Assembly (NCBI GenBank): GCA_051859245.1
Contig: JBHYGA010000007.1
Span: 32,001-96,000, forward strand
Direction: 5' to 3'
Length of the DNA stretch: 64,000 nt
Source of the DNA: Gemmatimonadaceae bacterium
Lineage (GTDB): Bacteria > Gemmatimonadota > Gemmatimonadetes > Gemmatimonadales > Gemmatimonadaceae
Below are positions 41,123-51,283 of the stretch, in pieces (within the stretch, counting starts at the first letter, position 1; the number at the start of each line of letters is the position of its first letter). The position numbers were made by a program, and so were the translations under genes. Under the pieces are notes generated by a model that saw nothing but the letters and a program-made list of their open reading frames with translations, did not search any database and was not told the DNA's origin.

Positions 41123-43471
41123 ATGATCCAATGCGCTACCAAACGCTTGATGTTCGCGGTATGCGGCGCGCTGCTCTTGAGCGTGACGCCGTCAGTCGTG
41201 CTATTCGCGCAAGCACGAGAACGTACCGACGAAATGGAAGCGCCTGAGATTCGCGAACTGCGCATTACCGGTGTGCACTCCGTTGACAAGTCCGAACTGA
41301 AAGAGAGTCTTGTCACAAGGCCGTCCGCGTGTCTGAGTTTGCTGCTGAAGCCGTTTTGCCTGGTGAACAAGTCACGTTTTGTCTACGAGCGCCGCTATCT
41401 CGATGCCGAAGAATTCTCGCGCGACGTGTTGCGCGTGCTCGTGTATTACTACCGTCGAGGCTATCGCAGTGCGACGGTAGACACAGTCGTTGCGCGGGGT
41501 AGCGACAACACGGTCAAGCTGACCATGAATATCACAGAGGGTCCACCCACTAACGTTGCAACGCGCACCGTGGCCGATAGCGGTGGACTCTCTGCGCGCG
41601 AGCTGGGCGAACACTTCAAGCCACGTATCGGAGAACCGCTCGACCTGCTGACGCTCGACTCGAGCCTGGTCAAGTTGCGAGGACTACTTTGGGATCGGGG
41701 CTACGCGGATGCCACGGTTACAGCGACGAACAACGTCAACGACACGCTCAACAAGGCGGATCTTCAGCTGACCGTTGAGCCACGTTCGGTGATGACGATC
41801 GGCGAGATTCGCATCGCAGGCAATCGAACGGTTGATGAACAGACCATCCGCAACTCGCTGCTGATCAGTTCGGGTGACCTCTTTCGACGGTCCACGATTG
41901 GTCGAAGCCAGCGCGCGCTCTACGAATCGAGCCTGTTTCGACGCGTGATGATTGATACGGTGAGCCGCGCCAACAGTCCGGCGGCAGATACCTCCATGGA
42001 TCTGGTGGTGCGGGTGCAGGAAGCGCCGCTCCGCGAGGCACGACTACGCGCCGGATTCACCACGGCCGACTTTGCACTGGTCGACGCGAGGTTCACACAC
42101 AACTATTGGCTCGGTGGTGCACGCCGACTCGATTTGAACGCCGCTGTTGGCAATCTCTTCGCGAAGCAGCTGAGCACCACGCCGATCTTTGCCGACTTCG
42201 CGAATATCGTGCCGGATAATGCGCTGGGGCGATTCTTTGTCCCCACCTATCAGGTGAGCGCCGATGTGCGACAGCGCTGGTTCCAGTCGCCTCGCAACAC
42301 GGTAGGTGCGGGCGTGTTCAGCCATCGCCGCAGCTCACCAGGTGTATTCGTGGATCAGGGGTACGGTGCGAACACCACGTTTACGCGGGAGCTGGCCGAA
42401 CGCACAACACTCAGCGCCATTTACCGGTTCGAAATCTCACGCGTGCAAGCAGGAGATGTGTACTTCTGCGTGAACTTCGGGGTCTGTGATAACGGTACCA
42501 TCGATGCGTTGCGCGGCGACCAACGGCTGTCACCCGTTGCGCTGGCACTCAACCTGAGCACCACGGACCTTCCGTTTTCTCCTACGCACGGCATGCGCGT
42601 GCGAGCCGAACTGGAGCACGCATCGGCGTACACGGGGTCGTCGTTCCGCTACAACCGCGCGTACGCCGAGGTTGCGATGTACCGCACGCTGCCGTTGCGC
42701 ATTGTGGCGGGCAAGGATGTGGTGGTCGCAGGCAACGTGCGCGCCGGTTGGGTCGATCCACTCGCCAGCACAACAGACGCGGTCGGGATTGGCGGCTCGG
42801 CAAGCGTGCCCGGTGCTGCGATTGGCGCCGTGCTGCATCCGAGAAAGCGCTTCTACGCCGGTGGTTCGCAGAGCGTGCGTGGTTTCGGTGAAAACCAACT
42901 CGGTCCGCGTGTGCTCACCATTGATCCCGATCGCCTGCGCGGGCGACGCGACTCAGCCGGTATCACGTTGTATGCCTGCGCGCCATCCACGCCGATTCAA
43001 CAGTGTGATCTCAATCGGGACGGCCTCACCGATGCCGACTTTCAGGCGCGCCCACTCGGCGGAACGACCTTGCTCGAAGGTGGCGTTGAAGTGCGCATCC
43101 CCGTGTGGGGGTCAGTCGTTGGCGCATTGTTTGTCGATGGTGCGATCCTCGGTGAAGGCACCCTGAGCTCCATTACCCGTGGGAGTGGTGCGATCACTCC
43201 CGGGTTTGGCGTGCGGTACGAATCACCCGTGGGGCCCATTCGCATTGACCTCGGTGTACGCCCGTTGCTGCGACGAGCGTTGCCTGTGATCACGCAGGAA
43301 ACCGACAGCACCGGCACTCGAAGACTGGTGGATCTCACGCCGCCTGGTGGTTGCATCACAGCAACGACAGCAGGCTGTCGCGTGTTTCCCGCGCCGGATG
43401 AGCCGCGCAGTTTCATCAATCGACTCGTTAACCGCCTTACGTTACACCTGTCGATCGGTCAGGCGTTCTGA
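41123..43471 (+). CDS. tamA: Omp85-family outer-membrane protein (TamA-like)
   Basis: POTRA-like repeats, FYAGGSQSVRGF, SPVGPIRIDLG, C-terminal SIGQAF; directly upstream of tamB. Confidence 0.88.
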   Translation: MIQCATKRLMFAVCGALLLSVTPSVVLFAQARERTDEMEAPEIRELRITGVHSVDKSELKESLVTRPSACLSLLLKPFCLVNKSRFVYERRYLDAEEFSRDVLRVLVYYYRRGYRSATVDTVVARGSDNTVKLTMNITEGPPTNVATRTVADSGGLSARELGEHFKPRIGEPLDLLTLDSSLVKLRGLLWDRGYADATVTATNNVNDTLNKADLQLTVEPRSVMTIGEIRIAGNRTVDEQTIRNSLLISSGDLFRRSTIGRSQRALYESSLFRRVMIDTVSRANSPAADTSMDLVVRVQEAPLREARLRAGFTTADFALVDARFTHNYWLGGARRLDLNAAVGNLFAKQLSTTPIFADFANIVPDNALGRFFVPTYQVSADVRQRWFQSPRNTVGAGVFSHRRSSPGVFVDQGYGANTTFTRELAERTTLSAIYRFEISRVQAGDVYFCVNFGVCDNGTIDALRGDQRLSPVALALNLSTTDLPFSPTHGMRVRAELEHASAYTGSSFRYNRAYAEVAMYRTLPLRIVAGKDVVVAGNVRAGWVDPLASTTDAVGIGGSASVPGAAIGAVLHPRKRFYAGGSQSVRGFGENQLGPRVLTIDPDRLRGRRDSAGITLYACAPSTPIQQCDLNRDGLTDADFQARPLGGTTLLEGGVEVRIPVWGSVVGALFVDGAILGEGTLSSITRGSGAITPGFGVRYESPVGPIRIDLGVRPLLRRALPVITQETDSTGTRRLVDLTPPGGCITATTAGCRVFPAPDEPRSFINRLVNRLTLHLSIGQAF

Positions 43472-46400
43472 TGAGAACGGCGCTCAAGGTTACCGCGATT
43501 GTGCTTGCTGTCGCGCTCGTTCTGCTGCTGGGTGGCACGGCTGTGCTCACCAGTAGTGATTGGGGGCGTGAAAAAATCCGGACGCAGATCGTATCGGCGC
43601 TGCAGGGCACGGCGAACGGAAATGTCTCCATCGGTCGACTGGAGGGCAGTGTCCTCACCGGTTTGCGGTTGCATGATCTGACGATTACCGACAGCACCGG
43701 CGCGCCGTTTGTGAGCGTGCGCGAGGTGCGATCCGGATACTCTCTTGTGCCGCTCGCGTTTCGCAAGCGTATTGAACTGCGTGACGTCGTACTCGATCAT
43801 CCGGTCATCGTGCTTGAGCGCGCCGAAAATGGTAAATGGAACTACGAACGCATTTTTCCCGTGGATTCCACGGGCGGTCCAGCGAGCCAGGAGTTGCAGT
43901 GGGGCGAGTGGCTGGTGCTGCACGATGTGCAAATGGTGCAAGGCTCCGTCACCGTGCGCATGCCCTGGCAGCCAGACAGCACACTCACGGCCCAACAACG
44001 CGATAGCGCGCTGCGTTTCGCGTTGAGTGACCAGAGTCGAGTCGTGGTCCAACGCATTGATGATCGGCTTCAGGTTGTGCAGCGGTTTGAACGCATGGAC
44101 GCACGCTTGCCGCTCATTCGCTGGGCGCATCCGGACTACCAGACGCGTCGAATCGAAGCCGATTCGCTACGCATGATCGCGCATGCTTTCGCACCGCCGG
44201 CCGTGGATGTTCGCCAGGCGCGCGGAGCCATTGAACTAGATGCGGATTCGGTATGGTTCGATGCGCTTGAGGTGCGACTCCCGGCAACGGACGCCACGAT
44301 TGGTGGGCGGTACACCATCAACAATGGTGATCTCGCCTTACAGGTCGAAGGGCGGCAGGTCGCACTTGCCGATGTACGATTCGTGTACCCATCGCTCCCG
44401 GAAACCGGTACCGCCAGATTCAATCTTGCGCTGCTCTGGCAAGGCGACACGCAGCGCTACGATGTCCGTGATCTCGACGCCACCACCGGCGCAGCGCGCG
44501 TGCAAGGTCAGGTGGGTGTTGTCATGCGGGACTCGAGCATGGTGTACGAGCAGACAGACGTCACGTTCTCCGGCATTTCGACGGCGCTGATTGAGCAACT
44601 GCTGCCCGCATGGAATGTGCCGGCCAAAGGCGAGCTCTCTGGCCGCGCCAGTCTCAATGGCACGCTGTCGGCGCTCGATGTCGACGGTGACATCACCTTC
44701 GTTGACGACCTGTCCGGTCGCAGCCGACTGGTCGCGCAAGGCCTTGTGGGTACCGCGGGTGACGTGATCAGCGCGCAGGATCTGCGATTGACCTTCTCAC
44801 CAATGCAGGTCGCGCTGGCGCACAACTTTTCACCCGAAGTTCCTGTTGGCGGCACCATCACCGGGCGAATCACACTTGATGGTGCAAGTGACGTGCGGCT
44901 GGCGTTCAGCGGTGCGGACCTCACACATCGTGATCGTGGCGCACAGTCTCGTGTCACAGGATCGGGCGGCGTGCGGCTGGGATCATCGCCATTTATCGAC
45001 GCGGCCCTGCAGGCAGCACCGCTCTCGCTCACAACAGTAGGACGCTTTGCGCCCGCGGCGGGACTGCGCGGCGATGTGACAGGTCCTGTAACCGTGCGCG
45101 GTCCGTTGCGCGATCTGGAGATTGTGTCGACGCTACGCGCACCCGACGGTGGCACCATTGCGGCGCGGGGAAAGGTTGATCTGGAAAGTGAAGTGATCGG
45201 ATACGACATGGAAGTATCAACGGTGCTCTTCAATGCCAACCTGTTGGCCGAGACAGCACCAGTGACGTCACTCAGCGGATTGCTGCGCGCCACAGGACGT
45301 GGATCTGAGCCGGCGACGATGCAGGCCGACCTGTTCGCCAACATCTCAACATCGACGCTCGACACGGTGGCCGTGGACTCCGCGCGCGTACGCGTGCGCA
45401 TTGCCAATGGTATGGCGTCAATTGATACGTTGTACATCGGTGCACCTGGAACACGTGTCAGCGCACTCGGCACATTCGGTCTCTCCGAGACGGCCCGCGG
45501 CAGCCTGGCGTACGATGTCGCGATAGATTCGTTGCGTGGACTGGCGCGCTATCTCCCCAGAGATACCGCGATTGTGGCGCCGCGTCCGTCCATCATGGCC
45601 GAACGACTCGCACGTGCGCGCGCGGATTCCATGGCCGAAGCGCAGCGCTTGCTCGTTGCTCGTGCCGCCGGCGTTGCGCCGCCCGCCGCTCCAGTGCGAG
45701 TAGACTCGATTCCCTCGCTTCGACGCGATGCGCTGGCCGGGTCCATACGTGCGATTGGCACGGTTGACGGTGGACTCGGCGGTTTTGATGTCCGCGGTAA
45801 CGCGAGTGCAGAAGGCGTGGTGGTACTGGGCAACAGCGTGCGCGTGGCTCGCGCCAAGTACACGTGGCTCGGTGTGCTGACAGACAGCGCCATCGCCAGC
45901 GCTGAGATCAGCGCGGATACCGTGAGCGCGTCCGGCTTCGCGCTCGATAGCGTGTCGGTGAAGGCCACCTATCGAGCGCCAGGTGGAACTGCTGAAGTCG
46001 CGGTGTTCCAGGATGACACACGGGAGTACAGCGTGGCCGCGAACTACGCGCTGTATACTGACAGCAGCGAACTGTTGCTCAACCGGGTGCGTGTGCGGTT
46101 TGACACCACCTTGTGGGCTTCGGCTCGCGCAGGTTCGGTGCGGTGGGGACAGCCTGGCATTGTGATTGATTCCATAGATCTGCGAAGCGGAGCGAACGGT
46201 CGACTGTTTGTGAATGGACGAGTGCCCACCGAAGGTGATGCCAATCTTGATGTTGTGGTTGAGCGGTTTCAGCTTGGCGATCTGCTCGGGCTGCTTCAGA
46301 GCGACGTGCCCGGACGCGGTCTGTTGTCGATCAAGTCCTCCGTGTCAGGAACTGGCGAAGCACCGCTGATCCGTGGCAACGCGTCGCTTACCGAAGCGAT

Positions 46401-48051
46401 GTATGCGGGCGACACCGTGCCCGACGTGCGCACCACGTTTGACTACAAGAATCTGCAGCTCACCGCTCGTGCCGACGCCACATACTTCGCACGCGAGATC
46501 GCGCAGGCCGATGCCGTCATTCCCATCAATCTGGCGCTCAAGTCGGACAGCGCGTCACGTCTGCTTGACAGGCCAGCCACCGCGAACGTTCGTCTGGACA
46601 GCTTGCCGCTTGCGCTGGCATCACGTTTCACCGACGCTGTATCGCAGATTGAGGGATACGCGAAGGGTGAAGCGTCGCTGCGCGGTACGCTCAAGGAGCC
46701 TGAACTGACCGGCGATCTTGATGTCGCACTCGGCAGCGGGCGGATCAATGCGCTCGGCGTGACGTTCCGCGATATCACCGGCACGCTGCGTTTGCAGGGC
46801 GATACGGTGCTGCTGGATTCACTCACGGCGCGCAGTCGTGGTAGCATCGGACTTCGCGGCGGCATTGGCATTGCGAAAATCGCCGAGCCGAGTTTTGACC
46901 TTCGGCTCACGGCTGACAACGCGCGAGTGCTGGACAACGAAACGGGTCGCGTCGACGCCAACGCTGCGATTCGTATTCAGGGTCCATTCAGCGCTGTCGT
47001 GGTGAACGGCACCGCGCGTATTCGCGAGGGCGTGCTCTACATCCCTGAGACAAGCACGGCCACTGCCATCACGGCGAGTGATCCGGCGGTTTTCGCGGTG
47101 GTTGATACGACCAACGAAGCGGAAACGGTGCTCGTGCCAGAACGCTCAGCGCTCGTGGACAATCTGCGCATGAACTTGCGGTTGTCGGTCGATCGCAACA
47201 CGTGGGTGCGTTCTCCCGAGGCGAATGTTGAGATCTACAGTGACGGTAACCTGCGCATTGTAGTTGACCAGCGACGCAAAGCGCTGGCGCTGGATGGCAT
47301 CGTCAATACCGATCGCGGCGAATACGAGTTTCTCAGCAAGCGTTTCCAGATCAAACGCGGCACGGCCACGTTCATCGGCACAGAAGAGATCGATCCGTTG
47401 TTGCAGCTCACTGGCGAGTTCGAAGTCAAACAGGCCTCGCAGCAAGCGCTGGCCGTGCGCGTAAATATTGGTGGCACGATGCTCAGTCCGCGCATCACGC
47501 TTGAAAGCGATGCGCAGCCGCCGATTTCACAAAGCGACTTGCTCAGCTACCTCGCGTTTGGCAGTGAATCAGGCTCGCTGCTCCAGTTTGGCGGTTCGAG
47601 CGTGTCTGGTGGCACCGCGGGCGGAAGTCTGGTTGGTACCAGCGCCGCACTAGCCACGCGACAGCTTGCCAGCGTTGCACTTGGTGTCGCGGTGAACGAA
47701 CTCGAAGGGCAGGCATCACGCTCGCTCGGCGCCGACGTCTTTAACATCACACCGGCGAATGTGCCGACAGAACTCGCGAGTGGGAATTTCGGCGCCTTCG
47801 AAACGTTCCTGAAGGGAACGCAGTTCGAGTTTGGCAAATACATCAGCACCGGCACGTTCGTCGGCTTGCAGGCGCAACTCACCAGCGTGCCAGGTTTTCG
47901 CGTGGAGCATCGATTCCGCCGCAATCCGGGCTTCAGTATTGAGTCGACGTTTCAACCGCGGTTCTTTTTGCCAGACCCGTCGCTCACGCAGCAGGAGCTG
48001 CGTCGTGCACACGCGCTTGGGTTCTTCCTTACCCGGCTCTGGCGGTTCTAG
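43471..48051 (+). CDS. tamB: Translocation and assembly module TamB
   Basis: N-terminal TM anchor, long beta-taco repeats, C-terminal DUF490-like GTMLSPRITLES...SDLLSYLAFG. Confidence 0.9.
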   Translation: MRTALKVTAIVLAVALVLLLGGTAVLTSSDWGREKIRTQIVSALQGTANGNVSIGRLEGSVLTGLRLHDLTITDSTGAPFVSVREVRSGYSLVPLAFRKRIELRDVVLDHPVIVLERAENGKWNYERIFPVDSTGGPASQELQWGEWLVLHDVQMVQGSVTVRMPWQPDSTLTAQQRDSALRFALSDQSRVVVQRIDDRLQVVQRFERMDARLPLIRWAHPDYQTRRIEADSLRMIAHAFAPPAVDVRQARGAIELDADSVWFDALEVRLPATDATIGGRYTINNGDLALQVEGRQVALADVRFVYPSLPETGTARFNLALLWQGDTQRYDVRDLDATTGAARVQGQVGVVMRDSSMVYEQTDVTFSGISTALIEQLLPAWNVPAKGELSGRASLNGTLSALDVDGDITFVDDLSGRSRLVAQGLVGTAGDVISAQDLRLTFSPMQVALAHNFSPEVPVGGTITGRITLDGASDVRLAFSGADLTHRDRGAQSRVTGSGGVRLGSSPFIDAALQAAPLSLTTVGRFAPAAGLRGDVTGPVTVRGPLRDLEIVSTLRAPDGGTIAARGKVDLESEVIGYDMEVSTVLFNANLLAETAPVTSLSGLLRATGRGSEPATMQADLFANISTSTLDTVAVDSARVRVRIANGMASIDTLYIGAPGTRVSALGTFGLSETARGSLAYDVAIDSLRGLARYLPRDTAIVAPRPSIMAERLARARADSMAEAQRLLVARAAGVAPPAAPVRVDSIPSLRRDALAGSIRAIGTVDGGLGGFDVRGNASAEGVVVLGNSVRVARAKYTWLGVLTDSAIASAEISADTVSASGFALDSVSVKATYRAPGGTAEVAVFQDDTREYSVAANYALYTDSSELLLNRVRVRFDTTLWASARAGSVRWGQPGIVIDSIDLRSGANGRLFVNGRVPTEGDANLDVVVERFQLGDLLGLLQSDVPGRGLLSIKSSVSGTGEAPLIRGNASLTEAMYAGDTVPDVRTTFDYKNLQLTARADATYFAREIAQADAVIPINLALKSDSASRLLDRPATANVRLDSLPLALASRFTDAVSQIEGYAKGEASLRGTLKEPELTGDLDVALGSGRINALGVTFRDITGTLRLQGDTVLLDSLTARSRGSIGLRGGIGIAKIAEPSFDLRLTADNARVLDNETGRVDANAAIRIQGPFSAVVVNGTARIREGVLYIPETSTATAITASDPAVFAVVDTTNEAETVLVPERSALVDNLRMNLRLSVDRNTWVRSPEANVEIYSDGNLRIVVDQRRKALALDGIVNTDRGEYEFLSKRFQIKRGTATFIGTEEIDPLLQLTGEFEVKQASQQALAVRVNIGGTMLSPRITLESDAQPPISQSDLLSYLAFGSESGSLLQFGGSSVSGGTAGGSLVGTSAALATRQLASVALGVAVNELEGQASRSLGADVFNITPANVPTELASGNFGAFETFLKGTQFEFGKYISTGTFVGLQAQLTSVPGFRVEHRFRRNPGFSIESTFQPRFFLPDPSLTQQELRRAHALGFFLTRLWRF

Positions 48052-48203
48052 GCCTCTGTTGTGCGCGACGCGAGCGTCCGAGGCATGAGTACGCCCGTTG
48101 AGTCAGCTCCGAGCCCTCTCCATGATCCAGAATCACGAAGTCTGACGCTTACAGGGTGAGCGTGCGCTCCACACGAATCTCATCCTCAGTAACGAGCTCA
48201 GCA

Positions 48204-48908
48204 ATGCGAACAGTTCTTGGCGTCACCCTGGTCCTCTCAACGCTTCTCGCATCGCCGGCAGAGGCACAGTTCACCATACTCGGCTTTGATGATCTGCCGG
48301 GCACGGAAACGGCGATCCCAAATGGTTACGGCGGTTTCGTCTGGGATAATTTTTCAAGTCGTAACACCTGCGACATCAGCCCGGACTACGCGTTTTGCGC
48401 CGGCAGTCTGATCTCTCCGCCCAATGTTGCGATCAACGGAGGTGGAAATCCTGCCGCTGTTCGCGCCGTGAATGGGATGCCGTTCAATTTTCTCGTGGGC
48501 ACGTTCAGCAGCGGAACCAACTACGACATGCGACTCGAGCTTGCCGGCTTTCTGAACGGATCGCTTGTGCACGCTCTCGACATCGATCTGCCGTTTAATA
48601 GCATCAATGCGTGGTCGGTGGACTGGATTGTCGACGAACTTCGATTCACCGCGTTCGTTGATGATCTCGGCGCGCCGGCGGAAACACCGGCGCGCTTTAC
48701 ACTTGACGAGTTCTACTTCGCGGAATACGTGAACGTGGTGCCAGAACCACAGTCCGTCGGCATGCTGATTATGGGACTCGCTGGGCTCGCCACGGTGCGG
48801 CGCCGACGCGCCACCATCGCAAGACCCAGAAATCCGCTGGCCAAGAGCATGAATGCCGCCGGCTCTGGGACAACGCTCGCTTCGTCAAAGCGAGTAACAA
48901 GTCCCTGA
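48204..48908 (+). CDS. PEP-CTERM protein with read-through tail antisense to the neighbouring gene
   Basis: Signal peptide AEA; FDDL...IPNGYGGFVWDNF; VPEP-TM-RRRR then 32 further residues; start may be GTG 48156. Confidence 0.85.
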   Translation: MRTVLGVTLVLSTLLASPAEAQFTILGFDDLPGTETAIPNGYGGFVWDNFSSRNTCDISPDYAFCAGSLISPPNVAINGGGNPAAVRAVNGMPFNFLVGTFSSGTNYDMRLELAGFLNGSLVHALDIDLPFNSINAWSVDWIVDELRFTAFVDDLGAPAETPARFTLDEFYFAEYVNVVPEPQSVGMLIMGLAGLATVRRRRATIARPRNPLAKSMNAAGSGTTLASSKRVTSP

Positions 48909-49501
48909 CCACGAATGCCGTTGCTCGCGAGTACGCCGAACTGACGATCGCTCGCGGTAGAGACAAGAAACTCTCCCTGTGCATCACGATAGAGATCGAA
49001 CACGGCGCGAGCGGGAATCGCGAATCCACCGCCGATCGCGGTAAAGTCTACCTCGAGCAACAGGTTGCCCTGCAAGGGGTCGTACAGAAATGGCGACCCG
49101 GTCACGGTGAGCACCGAGGGTGCCGCCGTGTTTGCGGCAATCGTTAGCGTGCCGAACGCCTGCCGTGGACCCGTTACGTTTGCACTTGGAGTACTCGTGT
49201 TGACGTTGACAGCTGCAACACTTGTGGTCGAGAAGAAGAAGTTGAATGTGCCTTGCTGCAGGATACCGGTATTCGGTTTTGTGAAGAAACTCACAGAGCC
49301 GATGTTGAGCTGCTCCGCGAACAAGCTGGACGAATACAGTTGCTGAAACTTCGTCCATCCGCCGGAATGACCGAACGGATAGTTCGTTCCGTTTCCGGCC
49401 GCCCCGGGTGTGCCGATCGTGACTTGTGCGGATGCGGCACTACCGGCGACGGCCGCCAGCACTGTGGCAACAACGGTGCACCTGAGCGTGCGTCGTAGCA
49501 T
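48713..49501 (-). CDS. PEP-CTERM protein with read-through tail antisense to the neighbouring gene
   Basis: Signal peptide ASA; NYPFG...FQQLY; VPEP-TM-RRRR then 27 further residues. Confidence 0.85.
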   Translation of the reverse strand: MLRRTLRCTVVATVLAAVAGSAASAQVTIGTPGAAGNGTNYPFGHSGGWTKFQQLYSSSLFAEQLNIGSVSFFTKPNTGILQQGTFNFFFSTTSVAAVNVNTSTPSANVTGPRQAFGTLTIAANTAAPSVLTVTGSPFLYDPLQGNLLLEVDFTAIGGGFAIPARAVFDLYRDAQGEFLVSTASDRQFGVLASNGIRGQGLVTRFDEASVVPEPAAFMLLASGFLGLAMVARRRRTVASPASPIISMPTDCGSGTTFTYSAK

Positions 49502-49642
49502 GAAACCCGACCCCTTGCAAAGAATGAGAAAGCCCTCGCGGATAGGGGATACGTGAGACGGGAGCCGGTGGATCTGTTCGCAGGATAATTCGTCACTGCT
49601 TACCTTTCCTGCTCGACCATCACCTGACTCAATCTTCGCCGC

Positions 49643-51253
49643 GTGACTCTTCTCTCCTGCTCCAATATCGGGATCTCCTTCGGAGCGACCGAACTACTCA
49701 AGAACATCACCTTTACCGTTGCCGAGGGCGAGCGGTGGGGGATCATCGGGCGTAATGGCGCCGGAAAAACGTCGATCTTCAGCGTCATTACGGGCGAGCG
49801 ACAGCCCAATGTTGGCGCGGTGGCGCGTAAGCCGGGACTGCGACACGCGCTGCTCGATCAGCATCGGGCGTTCGAAGGCGCAACTACGGTGTGGCAAGCC
49901 GGCGCCGCGGCCTGGCGCGAGGTGATTGCGCTTGAGCAGCGCATCGCCGAACAAGCCATGGCGCTCGGCGAGATGGGTGACAAGATCACCGACGAAATGC
50001 TGGAAAAGTTCGGCCACGATCAGGAACGGTTTGCAGACCTTGGTGGCTACGTGTACCACGCACGCGTGGACGCCGTGTTGCAGGGACTTGGCTTCGATGC
50101 GGAAGAATCCAAGACGCGGCTCGTGTCAACGCTTTCCGGCGGAGAACGCGGACGTGTTGGCCTCGCGGCGCAGCTGATTGCACCAGCCGATCTGTTGCTG
50201 CTCGACGAACCCACCAATCACCTGGATCTCGACACCACCACGTGGTTGCAGGACTGGTTGAAAGACGCAGAAGAAACGGTGCTCGTGGTGTCACACGATC
50301 GTGCGTTTCTTGACGCGGTGTGCACGAACATTCTGCATGTGGAAGCCAAGTCGAGCGAAGCATACAAGGGCAACTACAGTCAGTTCGTTCCGCAGCGCGC
50401 GGAACGCCGGCTGACGCGCGAACGCGAGCTCGAAAAGCAGCGCGCGTACGTGAAAAAGGAAGAGGAGTACATTCGCCGCAATCTTGCCGGCGTGAACTCG
50501 TTTCAGGCCAAGGGTAAACGCAAGCGTCTTGAGCGGTTGCCGCGACTGGCGCCGCCACCAGGCGATCCCGCGGCCATGTCACTCGAGTTCAAAGTGGCCG
50601 AACGCGGCGGTGATCAGGTGGTGGCCATCAAGGATCTGCGCGTGGAAGTGCCTGGTCGTGTGCTCGTTGACGACTTTACCGCCGTGCTGCGGCGCAATGA
50701 CTTTGTCGCGCTCGTGGGACCAAACGGCGCCGGCAAGTCGTCGTTCATCTCCACGATCCTTGGCGACCGCGCGCCGGCCGCCGGTTCCGCGAAGGTGGGC
50801 GCGTCGATCATGCCGGCTTGGTTCCGACAGGATCTCGCGGATCTGCCACTGCGCTCGTCCATGTCGGATGCAATCCACGCCCAGCGCCCGCTATGGAATC
50901 GCGGACAGGTGCAAAACCACCTCGGCGCGTTCGGATTCAGCGGTGAGGAAGTATTCCGCGAAATCCACACGCTCAGTGGTGGTGAACGCGCGCGTATGGC
51001 GCTCGCCATCATGACGCTCACTGGCGCGAACCTGCTCGTGCTCGACGAACCCACCAATCACCTCGACGTGGAAAACATCGAAGTGCTTGAAGACGCACTC
51101 GACGAGTACGAGGGTACGGTGCTGCTGGTGAGCCACGATCGTGCCTTCTTGCGCGAAGTCGCAACGCGCGTGTGGTGGTTCAACGGCACGCGCCTGATGG
51201 ATTTCGACGGGCCGTTTGTCGAGTGGGAGGAGGATCAGGCGCGGCGGAGGTAG
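49643..51253 (+). CDS. ABC-F family ribosome-associated ATPase
   Basis: Two ABC domains (GRNGAGKTS, GPNGAGKSS; LSGGE; DEPTNHLD; SHDR), GNYS linker, no TM. Confidence 0.95.
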   Translation: MTLLSCSNIGISFGATELLKNITFTVAEGERWGIIGRNGAGKTSIFSVITGERQPNVGAVARKPGLRHALLDQHRAFEGATTVWQAGAAAWREVIALEQRIAEQAMALGEMGDKITDEMLEKFGHDQERFADLGGYVYHARVDAVLQGLGFDAEESKTRLVSTLSGGERGRVGLAAQLIAPADLLLLDEPTNHLDLDTTTWLQDWLKDAEETVLVVSHDRAFLDAVCTNILHVEAKSSEAYKGNYSQFVPQRAERRLTRERELEKQRAYVKKEEEYIRRNLAGVNSFQAKGKRKRLERLPRLAPPPGDPAAMSLEFKVAERGGDQVVAIKDLRVEVPGRVLVDDFTAVLRRNDFVALVGPNGAGKSSFISTILGDRAPAAGSAKVGASIMPAWFRQDLADLPLRSSMSDAIHAQRPLWNRGQVQNHLGAFGFSGEEVFREIHTLSGGERARMALAIMTLTGANLLVLDEPTNHLDVENIEVLEDALDEYEGTVLLVSHDRAFLREVATRVWWFNGTRLMDFDGPFVEWEEDQARRR

Positions 51254-51283
51254 CGCAGCGTGCGTGTCACCTGAAAGGCCCGT

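Noticed and set aside
50201..51063. Exact 23-bp repeat CTCGACGAACCCACCAATCACCT at 50201 and 51041
   Set aside because: Encodes the conserved LDEPTNHL motif in the two ABC domains of the ABC-F protein
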